NCBI RefSeq assembly: GCF_006345805.1
Contig: NC_043021.1
Coordinates: forward strand, 11,904,001-11,968,000
DNA: 64,000 nucleotides
From: Octopus sinensis
Lineage: Eukaryota
Direction of reading: 5' to 3'
Below are positions 21,240-32,764 of this stretch, one piece after another (positions within the stretch are counted from its first letter, which is position 1; every line of letters starts with the position of its first letter). The translations under genes and the position numbers were made by a program. A model generated the notes under the pieces. That model was not told where the DNA came from and made no database searches. It worked only from the letters and a program-made list of their open reading frames with translations.

Positions 21240-23265
21240 AGGTATCAAGCTGTTGGATCAGGTAATGAAAGTCATGGAGAGGGTCATAGCCCAACTAATT
21301 AGGGAGAGAGTCAGTTTGGATGGGACGCAGTTAGGTTTTGTGTCAGGGAAAAGCACCACTGATGCTATATTTCTGGTAAGACAGCTGCAGGAGAAATACT
21401 TAGCCAAAGATAAGCCCTGTACCTCGCTTTCGTTGACATGGAGAAAGCCTTTGACAAAGTCCCCCGATCCCTTATCTGGTGGTCAATGAGGAAACTAGGG
21501 ATAGATGAATGGTCAGTGAGAGCTGTGCAAGCCATGTACAGGGATGCTGTCAGTAAGGTGAGGGTTGGCAATGAGTACACTGAAGAATTCAGGGTAGAGG
21601 TAGAGGTCCACCAAGGTTCAGTCCTCAGCCTCCTCCTATTTATCATAGTCGTCCAGGCAATAATGGAGGAATTCAAGACAAGATGCTCCTCTATGCTGGT
21701 GACCTTGCTCCAATTGCTGAGTCACTATCAGAACTAGAGGAGAAGTTTCAAGTGTGGAAACAAGGATTAGAATCGAAGGGCCTTAGAGTCAACGTAGCTA
21801 AAACCAAAGTCCTAATAAGTAGTAAGGCAAGCAAACCACAAATCCTTTCAGGTAGATGGCCCTGCTCGATCTGTAGTAGAAACTCTATAAGATGTACCCA
21901 GTGTAAGCTATGGACACATAAGAGGTGCGGTAATATTAAAGGAAGGCTAACTGGGAAGATAATTTTTGCATGTGGCAGATGCTCAGGAGCAATAAACACT
22001 GAAAATGTGCAGAGAACAGCTTCTGTCACATTCCAAGAAGAAAAACTAGAAGTAGTTGATAGCTTCCGTTACCTAGGTGACCAAGTCAGTAGTGAGGGTG
22101 GGTGCTCTGAAAGTGTAGCTGCTAGAATAGGAATAGCCTGGCCAAAGTTCAGAGGGCTCCTACCTCTGCTGGTGACAAAGGGCCTCTCCCTCAGAGTAAA
22201 AGGTAGACTGTATGATACATGTGTGAAAACTGCCATGCTACATGGTAGTGAAACTTGGGCTGTGACTGCTGAGGGCATGCATAAGCTTGCAAGAAATGAA
22301 GCCAGTACGCTCCGTTGGATGTGTAATGTCAGTGTGCATACTCAACAGAGTGTAAGCGCCCTGAGAGAAAAGTTAGATTTAAGAAGCATCAGATGTGGGG
22401 TGCAAGAGAGACGACTGCGCTGGTATGGCTATGTGTTGTAAATGAATGAGGACAGCTGTGTGAAAAAGTGTCACACCCTAGCGGTTGAGGGAACCTGTGG
22501 AAGAGGTAGACCCAGAAAATCTGAGATGAGGTGGTGAAGCACAACCTTCAAACATTGGGCCTTACCGAGGCAATGACTAGTGACCAGGACCTTTGGAGAT
22601 ATGCTGTGCTTGAGATGACCCGACAAGCCAAGTGAGACCATAGTCTATGGCCTATGCCAGTGGGTGTAACCAGCCCATTTATTAATACCCCTCATTCATT
22701 GGACAATAAACCTTGTTTGTGAAGACCTATTGAGGCACGTCAAATCAAAATTGCTGACGACAGTACTTCTGATTGGCACTCATGCCAGTGGAACGTTAAA
22801 AGCACATCCAAACGTGGGGTGTAACTGGGCCACTTATGAGTACCACTCATTCATTGGACAATGAACTTTACTTGCGATGACCCATTTAGGTAAGTGTAAG
22901 CAAACCAAAATCACTGACGTGGCTGATGACAGTACTGCCTGATTTGCACTCATGCCAGTGGAACGTTAAAAGCACATCTGAGCATGACCGTTGCCAAGAT
23001 CATGGATTGGCTCATGTGCCTGTGACACCTGAAAAGCACCATTCAAGCATGATTGTAGCCAGCGTCGCTTTACCAGCACGAGCCAGTGGCATGTAAAAAG
23101 CACCCACTACACTCTCGGAGTGGTTGGCATTAGGAAGGGCATCCAGCTGTAGAAACTTTGACAGACCAGATTCAGCCTAGTGCAGCCTCTGGCTTGCCAG
23201 TCCCCAATCAAAACGTCCAACCCATGCCAGCATGGAAAGCGGACGTTAAACAATGATGATGATGA
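21240..23265 (+). mobile_element. 5'-truncated RTE-clade LINE (frameshifted RT, long repetitive 3' UTR, (GAT)n tail)
   Basis: STTDAIF, DMEKAFDKVPR, HQGSVLS, LLYAGDL, RRLRWYG motifs. 3' UTR carries a ~160-bp internal direct repeat (22680-22980). Confidence 0.95.
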
Positions 23266-23379
23266 TATCAGATATCTATATAATAGAAACTGTGGGAACT
23301 AGTAGATGTACAAGTGGTACTGTTATGTTTGTTAGAAATACATGTAGATTATCATAATACAGACTGCTTCCTGCATAAT

Positions 23380-23928
23380 TATCAGGTTGAGGAAAAAGTT
23401 TGTGCATCATGTTAAAATCATGCTTTTGTATATATTTTTGTGATGTGTGTGTTCATTCAGTTCATGTCATGTTCAGTGGTGACTTACTGTGGGTTTGTGT
23501 GTATCCAATACTTGCTCGTTAAAAATGTGCTTTGTTTCAACTAGACAATGGAAAGCCACATATTGCCAGAGAGACCAGTAACAAGATTAGAGACTTGGAC
23601 AGTGTTGAAGTTCTGCCACATCCAGACTTTAGTCCAGGCGTTGCTCCATCTGGCTACGGTCTCTTCCGATCAATGCAGCACTTTATGGAAGGTCACCGAT
23701 TTGAGTCATTCAATGAAGTTGAAGAAGCCTGTAAAGAATTTTTCAATTCAAAGCCAAAGGATTGATACTTTGACCAAAATCAGAAGGCTTGTAGGTCATT
23801 GGCAGAAGGTTGTAGAAAACGATGGTCTTTATTTTGAAGAATAGTTGTTGTTGTTTTTGAATAAATTCTTGCATAAAATAAAAATCATTATTTTAACATG
23901 GCACACAAACTTTTCCCTCAACCTAGTA
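23380..23928 (+). mobile_element. Internally deleted mariner element with both TIRs
   Basis: DNGKPH and HPDFSPGVAPSGYGLF (HPPYSPDLAPSDYHLF-like) motifs. ~43-bp TIRs at 23382-23422 and 23884-23926, flanked by TA. Confidence 0.9.
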
Positions 23929-24021
23929 TTAAGTAAGTTCTATAATAAGTAGTATTATTAGTTACAAACTACAGAGTAAATGTAGGAGAAATAAGGATAA
24001 ACTCAGAGTTATATGTAACTT

Positions 24022-24213
24022 GTGGAGGCGCAATGGCCCAGTGGTTAGGGCAGCGGACTCACAGTTTCAATTCCCAGAGCGGGCGTTGCATGTGTTTATT
24101 GAGTGAAAACACCTAGAGCTCCACGAGGCTCCGGCAGGGGGTTGTGGCGACCCCTGTTGTACTCTTTCGTCCCAACTTTCTCTCACTCTTTCTTCCTGTT
24201 TCTTGAGTAACGC
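24022..24213 (+). mobile_element. SINE family B, 3'-truncated
   Basis: Head and body match the other family B copies. Confidence 0.85.
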
Positions 24214-25400
24214 TGGAAGGGGATGGGAGAGTTTCTGAAAAACAGAGTTTCGGATCAGACGACCCACATAAGTTGAAATTTTTCCGTTTTGATGGGAGAT
24301 ATTTTCCAATTTTTTTCAAGAATTCTTCAGAATGATGGGAAGCATCTTTTCACAAAAAAAAAAGAAGAAAATTTTGAAAATTTTTTTTAACCTCGTCACC
24401 CCCTACCACCCTGATCCGGACTGATTTTGACCCTTTTTTTTCACTACGCACTTACAACCCATGAGAAAAATATTTTGTTTTAAAAGAGAAATTGTTAATA
24501 ATTTCAATAGAAAATGTGTAATTTGAGAGAGATCTGGCTATTGTTTCTAGCATACCCAAAGACCTTCTTCCTAGTTTCTTTTTCACTCTCACAGCTATTG
24601 AGGTTTTTCAATATTTTACTCCCCATAAACACATTTTATGGAATGATGATGCCAAAGTAATACATGGGATATAAACAAAGAAAAACAAATGGTAATTTAA
24701 ATTTTTACACACACCCCAACCGAGCGAGGTCGTGTATGGGTGTGTGTGTGTAAGAAAAAAACATTTTCTAACAGAAAATTATGCTATCAAAATAAATCAT
24801 CTTTTACATACCTCTTATTAAAATCAAAACCACTCTGGATAAATCCCAGCAATAATCTTCTCAGGCTCTCCAATATTTTAGAATTATATAATCAGAAACA
24901 ATAGCGGACAGGGAGTGGGGCTAAGAAAAAATCATAAGTTTTCAAAGTTTTCTTTTTTTATATAGCATAAATGTGTTTTTTGGGGAAAATATTGTAAAAC
25001 ATCAATACATATTTGGGTGAGAGTAAAAAGAGGGTGTTATTGCGATGTGCTACAAACAATAGCTAAATCTCCCTTAAATCACACACGTTTTTTCTTCTGA
25101 AAAGATATTTTTTTAATCGAAAAGGTTTCTCCCATGTTTTGTTTTTTTAAGTGCGTAGAGGAAAAAAAAAGTTTTAATGGTTCAAATCGGTCCGGACTGG
25201 GGTGGGAGTGAAAAAAAAAAAAAATCATAAATTTTCAAAATGTCTTTCTTTTTTTTTTTTCGTGGAAAGATGCCTCCCATCATGCCGAAGACTGTGCTGA
25301 TAAGTTCGAAAAAATCTCCATCAAAACAGAAATTCCAACTTATGTGGACCGTCTGATCCGAAACTTCGTTTTCCAGAAACTATCCCAACCCCGCCCCTCC
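24214..25400. repeat. Foldback-like element with ~430-bp imperfect inverted arms
   Basis: ~24214-24640 is the reverse complement of ~24965-25400 (e.g. GTTTCGGATCAGACGACCCACATAAGTTG / CAACTTATGTGGACCGTCTGATCCGAAAC). Confidence 0.85.
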
Positions 25401-26377
25401 CAAAAACTTTTTGCCTACAAATTTTTTTGTAATCGTAATTTACACCGTTTCAAAGGTATCTGTATAAAATTTAATTAAAAAATACCTATTTTCCTGAAAG
25501 TTAATTGGGGGGTGGGTGGAAATGTCGGGTCGTGTGAATTTTGCGAAACTCCTCTCCCGAAATCCTCGGAAATTTTTTTTTTTTTCCAACAAATCTTTAC
25601 AAACACTCGATCTACAGGATCTAAGCGATAATTTGTTGAAAAGTTTTGTAAAAAAAAAAAAAAGTATCGATTTTTCTGGAAGTTATGAGACAACAAAACC
25701 CATGGGGTATACATCTGTAGTTATGTCCTTAAAAGCGGGCACGATATTCGAACTTACGAACGTAATTTAAGTTGCTTGATCTTTCCGAAATAACAACCAA
25801 ATCTCCCTCAAACCGATTTCTTCTTCTTTTCTTTTCTTTTTTTTTTTTTTAGTATACATTAAATAATATAATTGGTGTTATATTATGTGTCTAGAAAAAT
25901 AAACCCGGATACGCTTTGATCCAATACACCTGCATGATCATATCTCAAATAAAAATCTCGGTAAATCAAACAAATTCAACAATCTCCATTTACAAGATCA
26001 GCATCGTTACCGATGTAATTCAATATTAGCAAGAGACTTTTTTTTTGTGACCAGATGCAAAATAATACTTACGGTCGATGTAGACATTACTTTAGTCGTT
26101 ACCAAACACGAGGATCACAAGTTGAACTTTGAAAGCAAGGCGTGTACGAGTCAAATAAATAAAAAAAAGAAACGGTGTAGAAAGGAATGTTGTTCCCACT
26201 GCTAATAAAAATCAACCCTAAGAAATACTTTAAAGATCAGCAAATAGTCAATGAAAGGCATACAATTACGACACTGGCTCGATCTTTGTTGGATTCAGCG
26301 ACTTGTATTGCTTGGTGCGCCCGTCTCAGATTGTTGAAGAATTCTCACATACGCCCAGGGCGTAACTTTATTTAAAA

Positions 26378-27186
26378 CTAGCAGTATCGCCCGGCGTTGC
26401 TCGGGTTTGTTTCGACCCTTTAGAATTGGAATTTTTGAAAAGTAAAAATTTTGCATTATGTAGCTTGTTATTCTCTTTGAGTGAACATTTTTCTGGTTGA
26501 AATACACCGAAAAATGACAACACTGCAGTCAAAAAATCGTAAAAAATAGGGATTTTCATAGAAAAAAAAACACCTTTTTGATGTAAATAATTTTTGGGGA
26601 TCTTTTCGGTTTGAACGGCAGTCTTTTAAAAATAATCTCCACGTAACTAAACACTTTTAAACTTCGTATACTGGTAGAATGGGTTTATAAAACATCTTTT
26701 TCTCTTGGCTTTATTGAGAAAATTCTATAGTTTGTAAGATATTTGTTGTTGTTTTTTCTTCGATTTCTGCAATTTCAACCAATGAATGACGTCTATTGGG
26801 GTGAAAACATTTTGTGCCGTATGATTATGTCCCTCGTTTAAGAAACAGATTGGGTTTATTTACATTTCTAAAGAAAAAAGATACCCTTCCCCCATCCCTA
26901 ACCCTAAAACTGATTGGAATGCAATAGATCGATACTAGGGTCATAATTATGGGTGACAATTTCATATGACACCGCTAGAAAAAACTGCCGTTCAAACCGA
27001 AAAGATCCATTTTTGGTCTTAACATGGTCCGATTTGAATTTTTTTCTTCTACGGAATGAAGAGCAAGCCTTCTTCTATCATACTCTCAAGTTTGGTCAAC
27101 TTGCGCTGCAGGGTCTCGGAGGAGTTAGTGTTAGTTGAAGGCTACCAAACCTGTCACACACAGACAACTTCAGCTTTATATATATA
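26378..27186 (-). mobile_element. Non-autonomous Helitron (Lep1-like termini)
   Basis: Minus-strand 3' end CCCGAGCAACGCCGGG hairpin + CGATACTGCTAG|T. 5' end is TATATATATAAAGCTGAAGTTG, TC-degenerate. Confidence 0.75.
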
Positions 27187-27823
27187 CTAGCAGTATCGCC
27201 CGGCGTTGCTCGGGTTTGTAAGGGAAATAACTATATAAGCATTTTTAGAGAGTTATAGCCAAAAAATAGCAAAAAATGCATTAAAAATGGAAAAAATATG
27301 ATGGTAAATTTTTTTTTAAATCGTTGACTCATCGTAGACATTTTTAGAGAGTTACTTCCCTTATATAATAGCGAAAAAATGCATTAAAATGGAAAAAAAA
27401 CGATGGTAATTTTTTTTTAAATCGTAGACTCATGTAGACGCTTTCTTAGCCATTTCTGTTTTGGTGTCTTCAAGCCATGAAGTCGTTGTTCTAAAAGAAC
27501 ACTGGTCTCCTTGACAACGCATTACGACGTTGATTTCCTTACACTCCCTTCCCCACAGGTGCAGGTGTGAGCGTGGACGCCAACTCCGCCGCCATCGACA
27601 CACGAAAAATTATGCATTAAAATGGAATAAAAAATGATGTTAAATTATTTTTAAAAATCGTAGACTCATCGTAGACGCGCGCTAATATTCAGACGGGCTC
27701 GATATGAATCACGACTATAAGCTACCCGAATTTGGTTAAACTGTACCGCAAAATGTGGGAGTAGTTAGGAATCTAAATCGAAGGGGACAGACACTCACAC
27801 AACTACAGTTTTATATATATAGA
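27187..27823 (-). mobile_element. Non-autonomous Helitron, tandem to the previous one
   Basis: A|TCTATATATATAAAACTG 5' end, the same hairpin+CTAG 3' end, and three internal ~70-bp sub-repeats. Confidence 0.8.
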
Positions 27824-27879
27824 TATACATAGCGCAGTAGTGGTGAGATATGACAGCAAAGAAAAGCATACATTCACTC

Positions 27880-28200
27880 TCTGCATGCAATTAGACTCGG
27901 AAAGTTCGTGAGGAACCCATTGACCCAATTTGCTGACTTTTCCGATAGCACACAGGTGTCAATGAATGGTTGAATGACCAAATCCAAGCTTCTCTGCTAG
28001 TTCCTCAACAGTTACGATGATATTTTGTTCCTGCAGGGTTTTCAGGATGTCCTTGTCGAGTTCTACAGATCTTTCAGGATGAGGCTCGTCTTCTAGGCTG
28101 TAGTTTATGGCTCGGGATTTCTGGAACCACCATTGACACTGCCTTATGCTTATTGTCCAATCCCCATATACTGCATTAATATTTCTTGTACTTTGCACAC
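27880..28200 (-). pseudogene. Mariner transposase N-terminal (HTH) fragment
   Basis: NINAVYG...RQCQWWFQK...LEDEPH...TVEELAEKLG...STIH and WVPHEL motifs. Confidence 0.85.
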
Positions 28201-28257
28201 ATTTATATTCTGTTATTCTTTTATATGTTTCAGCCTTGAGGTTGTGGCCATGCTGGA

Positions 28258-28478
28258 TCATGTGTGTGTGTGTGTGTGTGTGTGTGTCTATCTGTCTGTC
28301 TGTCTGTATGTATATATGTATATGTATGTGTGTGAACAATAATATTTTCAACAGATGTGTTGCAAATGTATCTGATTGTTCTCAAGCTTCAATACTGTGT
28401 GTGTGTGTATGTGTGTGTGTATGTATGTATGTATGTATATGTATGTATGTGTGTATGTATGTATGTGTGTGTGTATGT

Positions 28479-28518
<40 letters not shown>

Positions 28519-28525
28519 ATGAGTG
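28258..28525. repeat. Compound (TG)n/(TATG)n microsatellite
   Basis: Visible directly; explains the low-complexity ORFs here. Confidence 0.95.
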
Positions 28526-29354
28526 TATGTTTACTTTATTACTAATTACTCTCTTCCAAGAACATTTTCACTCACTCTTAGCTTCCCATACATTTTACTC
28601 ATGTATCTGTCAGCGTCATAGACAGAATACTTTCACTTTAGTCTTCCTCAAATCACTCTGTCGCTATTTACTTTCATTTTATTCGTTGCCCACTGTGTGT
28701 GTGCGTTTGCGTGTGGTGTAAACCAGACTAAGAAAAGCATTTGACACACACACCAGAATGTGAGTTTTCTGTAAATTTTGCTTAATTGGAGTTTAAATTT
28801 TAAAAACTGGACCTGGCATGACGCGATGCATTGTACTCTTAAAACTGCTAGGTAAATTGTAATTGAAGAAATCCTATATTGTAGATTTGTATAACTCCCA
28901 AAGGGAGGCAGATAAAATCTGCCTTTTATAATAAGAGATATATATATAGATAAGATTAACATTTTCCCCGTTTTTTTTTTTTTACTCGCTGTTCGTAGCG
29001 TGTATCATTTATAATTATGAAATATCTAACTGAAATAAACTTTTTGAATCACATGATTTTACGAACGTCAAATTAAGGACTTTCCGAGATTGGTTATTTG
29101 GCAGACCTGTAATAGAATGTTGGACGGATTGCCAAGTGGTAACAACTCCGGTCATTTACATTCTGATGGATACTCTTACTCTTTTACTTGTTTCAGTCTC
29201 GTACATAAAAAGTTCATGTACTTTAGTTACATAATCCACATTAAAATACAAATCCCAAACCGAAGTCAGCGCAAACGTGAAGGAAAGAAGAGAAAAATGT
29301 TCTTTAATAGCATACTTGTAGGTAAGCCTAGATTCGAAACCGAATCCAGGAATT

Positions 29355-30003
29355 CCAAAGCCTTGTGAGTGGATTTGGTCGATGGAGACTGAAAGAAGCC
29401 CCTCGTACATATATGTGTGTGTATCTTTGCGTCTGTGTTTGTCCACCCCCCACCGCCTGACAGTCCCCCCCAAAACTTAGCGGTTCGGCAAAAGAAACCG
29501 ATAGAGTAAGTACCAGGCTTTAAAAAATACGAGTACTGGAGTTGATTCATTCGACAAGAAATCCTCAAAGCAGTGCTCCAGCATGGCCGCAGCCTAATGA
29601 CTGAAACAAGTAGAAGATAAAAGATAGGCATGGCTGTGTGATAAGAAGCTTGCTTCCCAACCAAATGGTCTTGGGTTCAGTCCCACTGCGTGGCACTTTG
29701 GACAAGTGTCTTCTACTATAGCCTCGGGCTGACCGAAGCCCCTTGTGAGTTGATTTGGTAGACGGAAACTGAAAGAAGCCTGTTGTATATGTATATGTTC
29801 GTATGTCTGTTTGTCCACTCCCCTCCCCCATTGCTTGACAACCGATGTTGGTATGGTTACATTCCTGTAACTTGGCGGCTCGGCAAAAGGGTACGATAGA
29901 ATAAGTACTCGGCTTACAAAGAATAAGTCGTGGGGTCGATTTGTTCGACTAAAGGCGGTGCTCCAGCATGGCCGCAGTCAAATGACTGAAACAAATAAAA
30001 GAA
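29355..30003 (+). mobile_element. Two tandem SINE family A copies (29355-29625 5'-truncated; 29627-30003 full)
   Basis: Two successive CCAGCATGGCCGCAG...GACTGAAACAA tails. Confidence 0.88.
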
Positions 30004-32199
30004 TATTGCGCAGAAAAGAAAAAGAAAGTCCTTTGGACATCATGATTTGAACCTGAAATCTTTTTTTCACTTATTCGTTGTATAGGGTAAAGAAATGTGG
30101 AAGTGTAAAGTTTGTTTTTAACAATAGACTCAACCCCATAACCCATTATTTGAAGAATTCTTTGGCTATAATGGTTTCGCCAGGCCAACACCCAAAATAG
30201 AAATAAAAATTTGCGAACTTAAAAGGAATTGTGAAAATAAATCTAGAAGGTACGACAAAGATAAGAAATGTATCTTGACACGTCTTTTTATGTACCCCAC
30301 GTTTTGTGTTGACTGTCCTTGCGATGTCCCCCTCAATTTTGATGAGATAAGCACAACGGGGATTAAGAACTGTGGAAGGTTGACTTGGACAAGGAAAGGC
30401 TCCCACGGAATATGGATTTCATAGAACTGAAAAAGAAATATAACATAGACATCAGCATGGCCGCAGCTCTAAGCTGAAACAAGAAGAAAAAAATAATAAT
30501 GGAGAGCAGGAGAAAGGAAGCAAGTGATGTCAGTTGATGGGGCAGGTAACACCATTTTCATTTTAACATTCTTTTTCATCTTTCATTGTATCATACGTTT
30601 CATTGTGTTTATGAAAAAACCAAAAAAAAAGAGTAAAGCTATAGATGCAAAGAGACTAAAACCCCGGATTATAAAACGGACAGTAAGAACGTTTAAATGG
30701 TACCGCATGTGAGTGGGGCGCATGCAGCCATTTCATTTCCATCAATTTTATTGTACGTATTACCATTTTTCGTTTTGCATTCGTTTTATGTTTTTGTCTG
30801 CACTGTGCAGACGTCTAATTTTCTGACGCTGCAACATAGTAACCACTGTTACCATATTTTTTTTTAATCTTTTCTATAACAATGACTGTATAGGTAGATG
30901 ACTTCATGTATACCATTTCTTTAAGTTTTGGCTATTATGGCAACATTTTAAAGCGTAGTTCTTTAAAATTGGGCTATACTTTTCTTTTGTAGGTGAAAAT
31001 AAACCGGTGTCTCTGAACTATTCCTGCTACCTAACGCGTAGACGTTATCAAGAATTTTTTCCCTGTAACATTACAGTTGCTACAAGCTTGCTCTAATTTC
31101 TTCACCTACACTTTACTCTGGCTATGAATGCATAAACTGATTTCAAACGAGATGAATTTTCTCGTATCAATATCGACTCAACACTTTGATCTAAAAACAC
31201 ATCATTTACTTCACCAAGTCCATTAATGTGAACAACCCGACTAAACAGGTCTTGGTTTCTTGTCTGTAACTTAACTGAACAGTAGAAATGAAATTGGTCG
31301 TTTGAAAACCAAAACCTTGGAATTTCCAAATATATACTGCTTACGTTTTGTCCAGATTTTTTTTTTTATCAAAAGCAACGAAACTCAAGTTACATCTTCA
31401 GCTGGGATTATATCGATACTTTTTTTCCCTTGCATATCGGTATTTTTGTCTGCCGTTCACTTGGAGAAACTTCGCAACCAAATAATTGACATCACTTCAT
31501 TTTTGTTGATTGGACGTGAAGCCTTCCTTTTTAAGGTAGTTTGCTGACAACTATAAAAGGCTTCGACGTAAAGCTTTCATCCAACAGGTTATAATCACGA
31601 GATACAGTAATAAAACGACTTAGCATTGGCCACCAATGTGCGTTCATAACTTTTGTGTCGGTCAGTGATAGAGGATTTCCTTTTATTATATAAGGACTGG
31701 CCATTGTACCTGAATGCTTTGCGAGTGATATCTTAGCGATATCGTCCTTCATCTCATCTATTTTTTTTAATTCAACAGTTGTTCATGGAACAGGTAGCCA
31801 GCCATCAAAATGGCCGAGTGTTCGACATTTGCTGACACCATCAGATCTTCTCGTCTTTTCAAAATAAGTTAACTTTTTGAAATTCAAATGAATCACTGGA
31901 TCATATTTTGCGAAGAAAAATTCGAATAAACGCCTGACAACCCATCTTCATATCTTCCATTTATCTTCTGGAAGAGGATTTAAATGCTCGGCTTTGCAAT
32001 GAAATCATGGGTCTATGTTTCTTGCGATTTGTAATTAAGACTTGCATCACACTTGAGCGCGACTCTCAATGCTAGAACTGTTCTCAACGCAAATTCTCGA
32101 CCACGTACGTAAAAAAAACAACCTATTTGTCAGATAAGTTGCCCAGTCTTACTGGCTCATTTTACAACAAATTGTGCTCCTTTTACTGTTACTAACACT

Positions 32200-32732
32200 G
32201 CATTTATTTCTCTACCACTAACAGTCTCTCGGCCCTTTTCGATCTTTAACTGACACATACCACCCTTGTCTAACCTCAGTGATAAGTTTTTTCTGTCTCT
32301 CAAATTACAAGGTTTTGTTTTTTTTTTTTTTGGTGGGGTCGATTTTTAAAAATCAATGGCAGAATTGCCAAGACCTCAGGCCAAATGCCTTGCTGTGTTC
32401 GTCTCATCTTTTTACGTTTTGCGATCAAACTCCTCCTTCTCCGCTATTGCACACTTAGGCGGTGGAACTCGTTACAGGTTTTAACATTATAACCCGTCAT
32501 CTTTGAAAGGGATCCACACTGCTGCAAGCATTCTAGCTAGGTTTTTGGCTTGAGGATATCTTCCTCTGTCCCTCCTACCAATCTTGGAGGCCTTGGAACT
32601 GGTCATGTGCGCTACTTGCACTCCTGTCGAAAAGAGGAAAAAAAAGATAAAAGCCATGTAATATTTGTAATTTATACAGCTTTTATTTCCAGTTCGAAAA
32701 GCCTCGCACTGTCAGTATTTTACTATTTTTAT

Positions 32733-32764
<32 letters not shown>

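Noticed and set aside
26896-26910. CCCTAACCCTAA telomere-like sequence
   Set aside because: Only two units, inside a Helitron; does not support a telomeric location.
30280-30420. PQFLIP...TSQGQSTQNVG resembling PIF1/Helitron helicase motif V
   Set aside because: Spacing is off by two residues and no other helicase motifs are visible; too weak without an HMM search.
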